Assembly: GCA_964035545.1 (NCBI GenBank)
Contig: OZ037765.1
Span: 14,456,698 to 14,520,697 of the forward strand
DNA: 64,000 bases
DNA from: Bugula neritina
Lineage: Eukaryota; Animalia; Bryozoa
Direction: 5' to 3'
Each line of letters begins with the position of its first letter. Within the stretch, counting starts at the first letter, position 1. The notes below the pieces were generated by a model. The model was not told the origin of the DNA. It did not search any database and saw only the letters and a list, made by a program, of their open reading frames with translations. Made by a program: the position numbers and the translations under genes. This document shows positions 23,501-35,500 of this stretch, one piece after another.

Positions 23501-24667
23501 GGGGTAAAAGCGACTCAATTTGAAGAGATCCAGGTATAAATGTCTTGTCATCGTAATCCCCAAACTACCAAATGCAGCACTACAGTGTACGTATACACCA
23601 GAAAATGTACATTTATAGCCTATAATAAAAAGTATAGCCATAACCCTGCTACATATAACAACCATAAGGATAGTTTATTTAATATTTAAACATAAGTTTT
23701 TGTTCGTTAAACTCAAAAGTTTAAAATAAATTAGTACTTTATACTTTAAAACTTATTTCCTTTTAATTTCATGTTAAAAATATTGAATTTCAACTTAAAA
23801 AACCTTGATTAGAAAGTAAAATACATATAAATACCTTAGCTTGGACAGCGTAAGAAGCTAAGAGCACAGATGCTTCAGGAGCACAATATATGTGCTCAGA
23901 AACAATATCTTGCTTGACTTGTAAGAAAAAAAGATGTTGGGTTATGTCTTGGATTAATTCTTCCGATACATCTTCAGGGTAGAATTTGACAAGAAAGGAA
24001 CAGTGTATGTGAGTTAGTTGCACTGGTTGACTATTCTTGCCAGCACTGAGTTGATCTATAACCTAGTTTAAACAAACCAGAGCCAGTGGCACAGAAAGAC
24101 TAAAGTTCAACATATAATATCAGAAAACCTGTGTATTTAGCTATAAGGGCACATGCATCTATAACTGGGAAAATCAAATTAAATTACCTTTTTGTTTCTT
24201 TTCAACCAAAATCTGTAATGATCTCTATTTTGGAACTCAATGTCAAAATACCAATGTTCTCTTAGCCCTATAGTTCGACACACCATATCAAATAACTCTT
24301 GTCCGGTGTTTTTGTCCTGCAAAAACAGCCCGAGCATATTCAAAACCTTTTAATTCAAAATTTCTTGGCTATGACTGATTTGAAAATGAAACAGCGAGTG
24401 TAAAATTTTGCTACACTACAAAACGCCCTGTAAACAAATCATTTCGTTGAAGAATATCCTTCTAATCAACAGAAGTATGTAACCATGTCATATTTGTAAT
24501 ATTAGTTGATAGTCAAAGCATACACATAATAAAATGCAAAATAGTTGATAAGCATTGAAATAGAAAATTAACATTCCAATAAAGCATACCGACAAATGGA
24601 ATTTCAGTTCTGCTTCCATTGTGTGTATAGTTATCGGAAATGTGGAGCCTTTACGTTTGGGCAACAT
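15700..24667 (-). CDS. NF2: Merlin / neurofibromin-2 (FERM domain, ERM helical region, C-tail); 14 coding exons
   Basis: Approximate exons: 24590-24667, 24188-24316, 23835-24062, 23413-23564, 23172-23247, 22907-23042, 22657-22732, 22371-22484, 19690-19811, 18833-18964, 16765-16941, 16208-16300, 15865-16024, 15700-15750. Motifs: [37 protein letters not shown], the blue box YQMTSEMW, and the merlin-type C-terminus [10 protein letters not shown]. Confidence 0.93.
17084..18779. repeat. 19-bp minisatellite, ~89 copies, in a merlin intron
   Basis: Unit GTAGATATACT(GG/GA/AA)TAACAT. Confidence 0.97.
20483..20551. repeat. (GT)n microsatellite
   Basis: Direct inspection. Confidence 0.95.
21050..22342. 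mobile_element. TA-flanked non-autonomous TIR element in a merlin intron; similar in style to 4280-5094
   Basis: TA|GGGGTAACG ... CGTTACCCC|TA, with internal (TT)GTGCCCC / GGGGTACAATG repeats. Confidence 0.72.
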
Positions 24668-25973
24668 ACTTGCTGCTTTGTATTCAATATCTTTTGCTGT
24701 TGAAAAAATAGTTTGAGAAAAAGTAGTTATTTAACATGTGGCAGAAAATTTGCTATCTATGATCATGTGAAAAATTACTAACTATCAAAATCAATTATTA
24801 TTTTAACTACAAAATATATTGAATTTGCAATCCACAATCTACTATCTTATTCAACAGCAAATGCCAAATCTTACATAGTGAGCTCTAGCTTTGATAGTTT
24901 TTCTAATAAATTTACAAGAATTGCTCAATAAAACATGCAAAATTAGTTATATTACAGCATTACTAAACAAATTAAACTCAAATGCCTACATAAAAAAGAG
25001 AAAATTTCTCCGTTTAATCAAATGGAGCAAATTTATGGAATGTACCATTCACTTTACCCCGCAAAAATGTAGTAAATTCCGAAAAGCAAAATTTACAAAG
25101 TCAATTTTTCTTAAGTTTTGCATTGTTTTCAACATTTATTCTAAAATGTATATTAACAAAGCAAAAGGTCTTGCATTATTTCTTGATGGTAAACATAACC
25201 AGAGTTGAGTACCATTTAGTTCAAGTATCCAATAAAATTTTACAATCTAAATGAAGCGCTAAGTAAAATTTATATGGAGGGTCATTGAGCGAATAGAGTA
25301 TTTATAATAATCTGTTGAAATAGATTTAGGTTATAATAATATATCCTCACAATGACATACTATAGTTTGTAAATTACAGAACTTGGTGCATGGTTGTAGT
25401 GTTGTTGTGCATCATTAACATTTATGCCTCTCAAAAGTATTGCACATTTACAAGCATATCTTTAGCCAATTTTAGATCATTGTTACCCATATTATGTAGA
25501 AAGGAGGAGGTTGAAGAGACACATTTGCGAGGGATGCTTACCCCCAATACAGCAATAGAATAAATGCTGCCTGTGGTCAATGCATAAGTAAATGAAGCAG
25601 AACATATGCATTTCCTGTACACACAAGGTTTCAACAGACTTTTGTAAAGTTCTATGGATGTAGTGAGATTAGTTTGGATAAGGGTTATTCAGTGGAGCAA
25701 CATAATCAAAATGTTAAATGAGAATAAATGTGCTTAAGGAAGGGAGGGTGAACTAAACATCTGTGCTGATAAAAAACAACAGTGCGAGTTTCAGTGACAA
25801 GAATAGTAGTCATTGGCTGTCCCGTTATGATAAAGATGGATAAGTACTTGAGTACTTATCTATCCTGAGTGCTTATAGTAATACTATAACTATTACTTAG
25901 TAATAGTCATAGTATTCACTGTTACTATTAGGCTTAGTATTGGTACTGCTGTAATTACAAGTATAAGCTATAC

Positions 25974-26095
25974 TGTTGTAGTTTTGTGCACTACTATCAG
26001 TGGAGTTTTATTGTATACACGAATTACAGGTTCATAACCTACGGCGAGGTTTGCGAGAGAAAACCGAAGTAAAATAGCATTTAAAGAATGTCTAT
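25974..26095. mobile_element. LTR-terminus-like fragment joined to a truncated integrase
   Basis: Starts TGTTGTAGTTTTGTGCACTACTA, closely matching TGTTTTAGTTTTGTGGACTACTA at 63563. It does not match the LTR at 29497. Confidence 0.45.
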
Positions 26096-29000
26096 ATTTT
26101 CTTGAACAAGGACTTGACTGTTTGGACTGCCCTCTCAGCCTCTCCATTAGCCTGAGGATGCTTTGGTGAACTAGTGACATGGGCAAACTGGTAAGAAGAA
26201 ACAAACAACTTAAAACTCATGGCTGGCGTATTGGGGGCCGTTGTCCGAAACCAACATATCTGGAACACCATAGCGCGCGAAGATACTCCGCATGTGGCTA
26301 ATAACTTCCCTGCTGGTGAGTTCAGCTAACAAAGCAACCTCGAAAAACCTAGAATAATAGTCTACTACTAGGAGATACCAACGATTGTGAACAAAGAACA
26401 AATCACTACCTAACCTCCCCCAAGGACGCTGAGGAAACTCGGCTACCATCAATGGCTCTACAACAACGTTGGCGTGCATTCTGCAGGTGTTGCACTGGCG
26501 TACCATGTAAGCAATTTGCTGAGATATACCCGGCCACCAAACATATTGCCTGGCCCGAGCACGACACTTGGTCACCCCTAAATGACTTTGATGAATAGTC
26601 CGAAGAACTTCCAATCTCTCAACCTGTAGAATAACAATGCGGTCCCCAAGCACCAACAACCCATTTTGAATAGAAATCAACGATCTTGACTTAAAATAAG
26701 GGCGAAAAAGTATATCCTTATTGGTAAGGTATTCCGGCCATGAGGTCTCAACAAACTTAATAACTTGGGCCAAGACTTCATCAGCTCTTTGCAGCTTTGC
26801 CAACTGCACGAGCCTCTAGCTAGAAGCAAACGACTTATGACTCTCCTTCACGGCCAACTCTACTTCCTCCTCAAAAGCCACTTCATCCACACTGGGCGAA
26901 GCCTGGAGCGGGATAATGCATCTGCAAGCACATGATCCTTACCAGCAATGTGTTCAACGACATACGCAAACTTCATAAGCCTCATCCTGAAACGCTGAAT
27001 GCAAACAGTCAGTTTATCCAGTTCAATTTCATTCCGTAATGGGATCAAAGGCTTGTGATCAGTCTGCATCTTGACTGTGATACCTGTAATGTAATTTCTA
27101 AACTTAGTACATATCCACACAACCCCCAGTGCCTCCTGTTCGATGGTTACATACCTCTTCTCAGTATCAGTCAAAGCACAAGAAGCTGCTGCAACCACCC
27201 TCTTGGAACCATACGGCTGAAGCTGCAGCAATACAGCACCGATGCCATTCCGGCACGCATCAGTCTGTATAGTGGTCTCAGCCTTCGGGTCATAACCTGC
27301 AAGAACGAAATCCCTCGTTTCAGAACCAAGGAGACGTCTTACACAAGTCGCTAAGAGGTTTAGATAGCTCCGCCAATTTAGGGGTAAACTTACTCAACTG
27401 ATTTGCCATGCCCAAGAAGCTACGAACATCTGAGACACTCCGAGAAGTTCTGAAATCTCTAATCCTTTGAACTGCCTCAGGGTTGGCTTGAATGCCTTTA
27501 TCAGAAATTGAATGCCCTAGAAACTTGATTGAACTTTTAGAAAATTCAAATTTGGAACTGTTCATAGTCATTCCTGCATCAGACATGCGTCTGAGGACAG
27601 CCTGAACTTTAGCATCGTGTTCCTCCACAGTATTGCCCCAGACACAAACATCATCCATATGGACAATAACTACTTCTAGACCACAAAGAACCTGTGACAC
27701 AACTTTGGCATAGCTCTCTGGGCTAGATGATAGCCCAAACGGCAACCTATGATAAGCATACCGACCAAACGGGGTCAAAAATGTATTAAGGAGTTTACTA
27801 GACTTGGACAGGGGTATCTGATAAAACCCAGAGTTCGCATTCAACTAGCGGAAAACTTTTCTATCACCTAGTTTAGCTAGACTAGAGTCGCATGGGCCAT
27901 TGGGTATACCTCCCTCCTGACTACTTTATTCAACTGAGTGTAGTCTACACATATACGAATACAACCACTTGCTTTGGGGACTATAACCATGGGTGAGCAC
28001 CAATCAGTTGGTTCACTAACAGGGAAGATGACTCCTAAATCTACCATTTCATCTAACTCAGCCTTCACTTTATCTAATAATGGATACGGCACAGAACGCG
28101 AAACACAAATAGCATAGGGGGGAGGGGGGACCGGTGTTTACTTGAATCTCTGCCTCCTGGCTCATTTTACCTAGGCCAGAAAAAAGACTAGGAAACTCAT
28201 TTCTAAACTTATCAGCACTTTCAGTAACATAATCAAGTTGGGTATTACATAATACAAGACCTACGCCTACACATGCACGTCTACTAAACAAAGCTTTATT
28301 GTGAGCTACAACATATAGTCTATCTGCTACTTTGTGCTTGCCTACAGATAGTGTACTGTCAAAATAGCCTAACACTGATATCTGACTTTTACTCGGTCCA
28401 AACAATGCCTTGTCTGGCTGTTTAAGCGGTACTGACTTACAAAGCTGCTTCAAGATGATGGTAACATCTGCACCGGCATCTAACTTGAATCGCACAGGCA
28501 CCAATAGTTGATCTATGACTACAGACTTTGTCCATTCAACGTTAGCGTCTCTGTCTGTTACTTCACCCAAAAACTACTGTCCTTTGTTGCAGGGTTCAAT
28601 GTTGCTAGTGGACTGGTCATAATCGTTCTCTTCCATAGATTGTACTGCTCCTCTTTTTGATCTGCACACTCTAGCAAAATGTCCTCGCTTTTGGCATTTG
28701 TGACACACGGAATTTTGCACGGGACATTTGCCAAATCTGTGTGTGTTGTGGCCACATCTACCACATGGATTAGCATCGGCTTGAGCTGATTTAGCTGCTT
28801 TACTCTGTTGGGTTGAATGTTTATGTTTACTACCGCTGACTCTTGCCGCATCGAGCGATTTCACATCATTGTATAGCTCCTTTACATTTTTGTCCACTTG
28901 CTCTGCTTGTCTAGCCATGGCCACGGCTGTTGCTTCAGTTAACTGGCCAATGTCCATCTTTTGCATCTCACGGCTTAGCCCTTAGTCAGCTATACCAACA

Positions 29001-29618
29001 ACTAGTTTATTTCTGATTTGTTCTGACGGCTTATATCCAAAGTCACATTTGTCTGCCAACTCAGTTAAAGCATGAATATAACGTTCTATTTATTCGGCTT
29101 GGTGCTGGTCACGCTTGAAGAATTTGGCTTTTTCATAGATGACATATTTCTTAGGTGAGAAGTAGTTCTCAAATCCAGATAGCACCTCACTGTATTTCTT
29201 TTTATTTTCTTCAGAGAGACCTAGGCTGCTAAAGATGCTTTCACTTGTAGGTCCTATACAATACAAGAAACTATTGATTTGTATTTCTTCCTCCTCTTTA
29301 TCTAACTTATAAATCTGTCTATATCTACTCCATCTCTTGGCCTACTCTGCTCATCTCTCTGGCATAAAGTCAAACTCGACAGGTGGATTAAACTTTGCTA
29401 TAGCAGTAAATCGTCAATAACGCCAGAAAAAGAAACCAAGGACAGCAGATGGCACGGATTAAACATGGTAAACCCAAAACTTTGTACTGGCCACCATGTT
29501 GTGTTAATACCAAGAGGATGTATTTTTAGAAGAACCATGCGTCCGACAGCTACGCATACGAATAAAACAAAACAGTAAAGTAGTTCCGCGTGTGCGTTAA
29601 TTCGAGTATAATGCAACA
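26096..29618 (-). mobile_element. Ty3/Gypsy LTR retrotransposon (Mag-like), degenerate and 3'-truncated
   Basis: 5' LTR 29497-29618 (TGTTG...CAACA). PBS TGGTGGCCAGTAC at 29484-29496 is complementary to the tRNA-Ile(AAT) 3' end. Gag has two CCHC-type knuckles (CHKCQKRGHFARVC). Protease FKLDAGAD, RT HMDD, RNase H TDHKPL...ADALSR, integrase HLGVTK...CNTC and SDNGPQY. Many stops and frameshifts; no matching 3' LTR. Confidence 0.9.
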
Positions 29619-30748
29619 ATCAGCATCACTATGAGTATGACAATCACAATGCCAATGTGTATTCCTATAAAATTAAGCATAGCCTATACGTAACTGCATA
29701 AGTCACTGCCATAACCAACACCATCACTATGTCCGTTAGACAGTAAGTAATACTATTAGTCCTAGGTGAGTATTAGTAACTCTAAGTCTAACAGTAACAG
29801 TAACTCTAAGCTTGAGGCTGAACCGCAAAATCAATCTGAAGCGGTAATTAAAGTTAAACTGTGTCTGACAGTGTCACTAATTTTACATTGACTAGGCCAA
29901 GCACAATCCAAATTATCCCAATCATTGATCAATCAAAATCATGAATTATTGAATAAAATAATAATCATAATGATAATGATATATCAGTATCGTATGAGTA
30001 TCACTATCAGTATCAGTATCACCAAAGGCAAATCAAATCACTTCAATCACTAATGACTTATACTTATAGTTAATAACTCTTATAGTTACACTTACACTTA
30101 CAGTAATACTGTAAATGTATAAGTTATACTTATTAAAAATTGCAAATCTCAAGCTGAATTGATTTTAAACTATTATAATTATATATATTATACTACTAGT
30201 AGGAGTACTGCGACGTCTATTGCATTTCTATAAATCGTGGTTACAACCATTGAACTACAAGGTTATAGTTTCAGTGCAGTGGACATAACTGCTTACACTC
30301 CTAATACTCAGTGTAGTATATATAGGAGTGCCGTCTTTGGAGCATGAAAAGTCATTATGCCGCGATTTGTACCGCGAGTTTATATAAGTTGTAAGGGAAA
30401 TATTTTGCCACTTCTGTTATTTTAATATTTTTTTATTTTATGTGTACGTTTTTTAGTTTTGTTTATTGGTAAAGCCTTTAAAAACATTTTTTATGCAAAT
30501 AAAATTAAAAAAAAATTCAAAATTCTCTCATGCACGTAAATACAAAGCTATAAAGTTTAAGCTTCGCTGTGATTACAATGTGGATATTAACTGAATAATG
30601 CTTGCAATAATCATTTTACTCAAAATACATTACAGTTGCTATAAATGTAAGACTAGTAAATTGAATGCAAATAAGCATAGTAGGACTACTTAGTTTATGC
30701 TATTTTTGAAATTTGTAGTAAATAATTGGTATGTATATATATATATGT

Positions 30749-31027
30749 TGTTGTGCGAAGCACAATGTTTGTGTGGGCTTCTAGTGAGCAATATGCATAT
30801 AGTCACAAGCAATTCACTGATATTTTCGTGTGTAAGACTTTATTATAAAACTGTAAAATATGGCGTAGAAATCTCTATAAGTATTAGTACAATGTTACTT
30901 ATCATCACGGCAAGTATACGCTAACTAACTAAAAGTAGATTGTTCTGCTTGGCTTCATCCAATAATTGCCAATCACTCTCTGATTGGCAGGGGGATACGC
31001 ATGAGGCATAAACCACGCCCCATTACA
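30749..31027 (-). repeat. 3' LTR of E1
   Basis: TG...CA ends; direct repeat of 37936-38212; PPT adjacent. Confidence 0.93.
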
Positions 31028-31368
31028 CCGCCCCCCCCCCCAGCAGGAAGCATACCTTCCTGATATGCACCAAAAAAAATAATAATAATAAAACAATTTA
31101 TTACATAGAAAAAAAAAACCCAAGAAAAATATAAGATCTAAACGTCACGTAAGGTGGATACTTCCAAGAGAGCTTACACACTATTGAGCAATTTATATTG
31201 ACATGAGAAAAATATAATAATAGTAAAACAGAATAATGTAATCACAGGTACGGAGATCGTGCAACACCGACTAGAGACGGTCAGAGGAGGGAAGGAACAG
31301 AGAGAGAGATCGTCACCACCTGCAGGTGTGGATAGTCAGAGAAGTGGAAGGGGAGGATACAGCTGCCA

Positions 31369-32518
31369 TCAGTCTTGATCGCCCCGTTTGAGGAGGGCCA
31401 CGGAAGCTTTAAGGGTCTTCATTTCGGAAGTGGCTGCAGCAACTCTGGGTGTCAACCGTTGAATCTCAGCTTCTAATTCGTACATACGGAGCTCGACTTC
31501 TTTTATGTTGCGGGCTGTAGGGGGCTGCCGTTTCGGGGAGGAGGGTCTCCATCACCGTTTAGAAGAAGGCTGCATAGGAGTGGGGGAAGGGGAACGTCGT
31601 TTTTGGGGTATCTCAACTCGGTGAAGTAGAACTCGAGGTAGGGTGGAGGGACGAGGTATGGTCTGTGCGGGAGGAGAGTGAGATGGCTTGGTAGGTTTCT
31701 TACGTCTGGGAGGTCTTGGACACGGTCCATGAGTGATGATGCGAGGTGAGGGGAATCCGTGTTTGAGCCGTTCAAAGCGGGGGAGATCCTTAATGAAAGG
31801 TTTGATCAGATTGAGAAAGGTGGGGAAGTTGTATTTGTCCACATCGTACAAGTGTCCCACATGGCAGTCCATAGTACGCTGATGTCTGAGAATGTAGTCC
31901 CTGTGGTAACTATATTCACCACAGGGACAGAGAGTAGTTAGGAAGTGCTGCGGTACGTGGACGCGCAAACGGCGATGGGTGGAGAAGTGCTGCTGACACA
32001 GCCTGCAGGTGGTACATCCAGCATGGCCGCGGTGTAGTTGAATCAGCTGTTCTGTCTCTGGTGCGACCCAGCTATGTTGCTGAAGTAGCACGTCTGGTAG
32101 GGAGGTAGGAGGTGTCTCACTATTCCAGGCCAGTTCTAATGGTGGCATATCTCCGTAGTTAGGAGAGCGAGTGGCGTCTAAAAGAGCAGAATTATTGTTA
32201 GATCGAGTTTGATCTTTACAGCATAATTCTGATGACAATCGACTGTTATTAGTCTGAGAGTCGTGCATCTTTTTATACGGCACTCGAGAGACTGTGTCAG
32301 AACGTGTAAACTGACTGAGAGACATATTATCAAGCTCCAGATCTAGTAGATCATCCGCCATTACTATGTTCTCGTCGTCATTCATGTGTGACTCTGTCTC
32401 CAGTAACTGTGATTCAATCAGATCGATTAAATCAGAGTTGACTGAGGTGAGATCTATTTCCATTAGTGGAGTGTTAGATCTAAGCAAGCTTACCTGGGAA
32501 TTCGGTATTTATACTCAT
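31369..32518 (-). CDS. E1 accessory gene ORF3, predicted spliced (32494-32518 + 31369-32177): double zinc finger plus coiled coil, ~277 aa, one internal TGA
   Basis: Micro-exon MSINTEFP(G)|GTAAG. Acceptor CTAAC..TCTGCTCTTTTAG|AC joins in frame. Fingers CRLCQQHFSTHRRLRVHVPQH and CPCGEYSYHRDYILRHQRTMDC. The frame continues past TGA 31552-31554 into IKEVELRMYELEAEIQRLTPRVAAATSEMKTLKASVALLK. Confidence 0.7.
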
Positions 32519-32548
32519 ACTCGACGTTCAAGCTTGGATGCAGATGGG

Positions 32549-35500
32549 TTAGAAAGCACGTCTACTCTTGACCGCGTCGGCGTAGGAAAAGGCTGGGCAG
32601 CGTGTTTGTTGTGCGAGACCGGAAATGTGTGCCCGGAGAGTGGTAATTCCACTCGCTATTCCGTTTTCGCAAAACTTGGTTTTTCCGTGGTGTTCATAAC
32701 TCCCACGCTTTGCTGCCAGTGCCAGTCTTTCCGTACGGCGCCCAGCTGGACTTTCATACCTGCCGCTTGTAATGCGGTCGCATACGAAGTCTTGAAGATA
32801 AGCTGGGGGTCTTCTAGTACGTTGTCCCCTTTCAAGGAGGGGAGATGTACTAGTGGTAGACGCCGGGGAAGGTGGTGTAGCTGGTGAGGGAGGTGGTGTA
32901 CCCACCAGTGGGTTGTTATTCTCCACTGGTGGTGTTTCCTGCCTCCCGTCAGCTGTTATTCCTTCTTCCCCTCTGTTCTCTCCGGACGGAGCCCCTCCCG
33001 TGTGGGGGTTTTGCACTTCCGGAAGTATACTTATTTCCGGAAGTGGTGGTGGCAGCTCTGGGGTCGGACGGCTTGGCTCTGGAGGCAGAGGGTGTGGCCC
33101 CATTGGGGGAGGTGGCCTCTCTTGCCTTGCCAAGTCTTCTGTCCGTGGCATAACCCACTCATCATTGGGTGTATGCCGCCGCCCGTGCATCGTTGTCTGC
33201 CTCCTGGGCTCTAACAATGGGGGGCACCCCCGGCCGCACCTGGGCTAGCCCAATAGGGTTTCAAGCGGGCTTCATTCTGGACAGATACTTGTCCAGACCG
33301 CTCCAACTTGTAAGTGTGATTGGGCATCACTTCAACTACCACGTAGGGTCCTACAAACTTAGGCTGTAGTTTAGCCGCCTGTCCTCGACGCCTACGGTAG
33401 TTGATCATCCAGACCTAGTCTCCGGTCTGGTAGAGGGGTGGCTCATCAGCGTCTTCCTGTCGCACCTGCCACTGCTTATCCCGCAGTATTTCGTGTGCGA
33501 CTTTCAGACGCTCTATCAATTCCCCATCGTACTCGTGGACAGAGTATCCTGGTTCTGGAATATAATAGGCGAGGTGGTCGGGCACTCGTGTCTCACGACT
33601 GAGTGTCAAGAGGTTGGGGGTCTCGCCGGTGCTGGTATGTGGCGTGCTGTGGTAGGCCCGCATGACCTGCGGCAATACGAGATCCTACTCCTCCTGGCCT
33701 CGGCCGAGTAGTAGACTGCGGAGTGCATCGCCCGGCATCCGGTTGTTGCGTTCGACCACTCCGTTACCCTGAGGATGGTATGGAGTGGTCCTACTTTGGT
33801 TTACTCCCCAGAGGCGACAGAGGTCGCTCATCAGTTGAGGCTGGAATTGCGACCCCTGGTCCGAGTGTAGTTGCTCGGGCAACCCAAAGTAGCAGAATAC
33901 ACGCTGGTCTAGTGTGCTGGCCACTGTCGGGGCAGACGCATCCGGAATGGCCAGTGCGTCGGCCCACCTAGTGAAGTGGTCGGTCAACACTAGAATCCAG
34001 CTGTTTCCTCTGGGGGTGATGGGCATGGGTCCGACCAAGTCAACAGCTACCACCTGCCAGGGCCTACAAGCATATAGCCTACGCCATCCCGCCTCCCTGG
34101 GGAGACAGCCATGCTTGCTGGCCTGGCAGATTTCGCATTGTTTGATCCTTAGGCGGATGTCACGCTCCATATTGGGCCAATACCACCGGAGCCTTAGCTT
34201 GGTAAGCACCCTCCGAACTCCGGCGTGAGCCTGTCGGTGAGTGTCCCATACTAGCTCCCGGCGCATGGCGGTTGGGCAGATCACCCTTTCTCGACCAGGG
34301 TGTCCCTGGTCGGCGGCCAAGGTGATGGTCAGCAGACCATCTGGCCCGATCCGCAGAGAGTCCCAGCGTTGGCAGTACAGCCGTAACTCGGCGCACCCCT
34401 GCCGCAGCTGTTCTTCGCTGGGTCGTCGCTCTTCCCGTTTAGCTCGATATATGTCGGCTACCACCCCAGGGAGGTCCTCCTGGAGTTTCTGCAGCTCTCT
34501 GACATCACGAGCTAAGACAGGGTTGGTGCGGAGGTTGTTGACAGCCTCCGGTGGGTTAAGACTCCTTGGTTTGAGTTGACCTTGGTCCGTGTCGTAGCTC
34601 ACTCCAGGGTGGTCCAGTGTCGCCAACTCGGATCTTGGGGGACCCCCATCCCTTCTCTCGATGTTGTGACACTGTTTGCACCCCTCGTCCGGCCGCCGAC
34701 TCAGTCCGTCCGCAGTGCCGTGTTTTCTACCGGGTCGATGTTCGATCCGGTATGAAAATTCGGCTAGGACTTCGAGCCATCGGGCGACTTGACTGGACGG
34801 TTCAGCTCTCTTACACAGCCAGATCAAAGAGGCGTGGTCCGTCCGCAAGCGGAACGGCCTACCATAGAGATAAGGCCGGAAGTGTTTCACTGACTTGATT
34901 ACTGCCAGCAACTCCTTGCGAGTGGTGCAGTAATTGCACTCTGGGGGTGAGAGTGATTTGCTGTAGCAAGCTACGACTACTTCACGGCCTTCTTGCACTT
35001 GCTACAGCACAGCGCCAACGTTCTGGTCACTGGCGTCAGTGTCAAGAACGTACTCCAGAGCGGGGTCTGGGTAGGCTAGAATTGGAGCCTCTAGCAAGCG
35101 GCTCTTGAGACTGTCAAATGCCCTTTGTTCGTCGGACGTCCACTGCCAGGTCACTCCCTTTGCGGTGAGCCGATTTAACGGCTGTGCAACCCCCGCAAAG
35201 TCTGGTATGTATTGTCTGTAATACCCTACCAGCCTCAGGAAAGCCCGGAGTCCGGTCAAATCCTGGGGGGTGACCCAGTCGGTCACAGCCCGCACCTTAT
35301 CGGGGTCCTTTGCCACGCCATTACGGCCGACTACGTGCCCCAGGTACTTCACCCCCGGCTGCAAAAGAGCGCATTTGGAAGGTTTGAGCTTGAGACCGGC
35401 ACCTCGGAGTCGCTCGAAGACCTCCCGCAAACGACTGACATGGGTCGTGAAGTCTGGGGAGATCATGATGACATCATCGAGGTAGACGAGCAATGTTTTC

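Noticed and set aside
25836-25861. Hairpin GATAAGTACT-TG-AGTACTTATC as a Helitron end
   Set aside because: No convincing CTRR terminus or matching 5' end, and it sits in low-complexity sequence.
32178-32487. Acidic N-terminus of the 311-aa ORF as real coding sequence
   Set aside because: It starts at TTG, has no open counterpart in E2, and lies between consensus splice sites. It is better read as intron, although unspliced translation is not excluded.
31369-32518. ORF3 as env or as a recently captured host zinc-finger gene
   Set aside because: No signal peptide or TM helix is visible. A homologue at the same position in a divergent element argues against a one-off capture.
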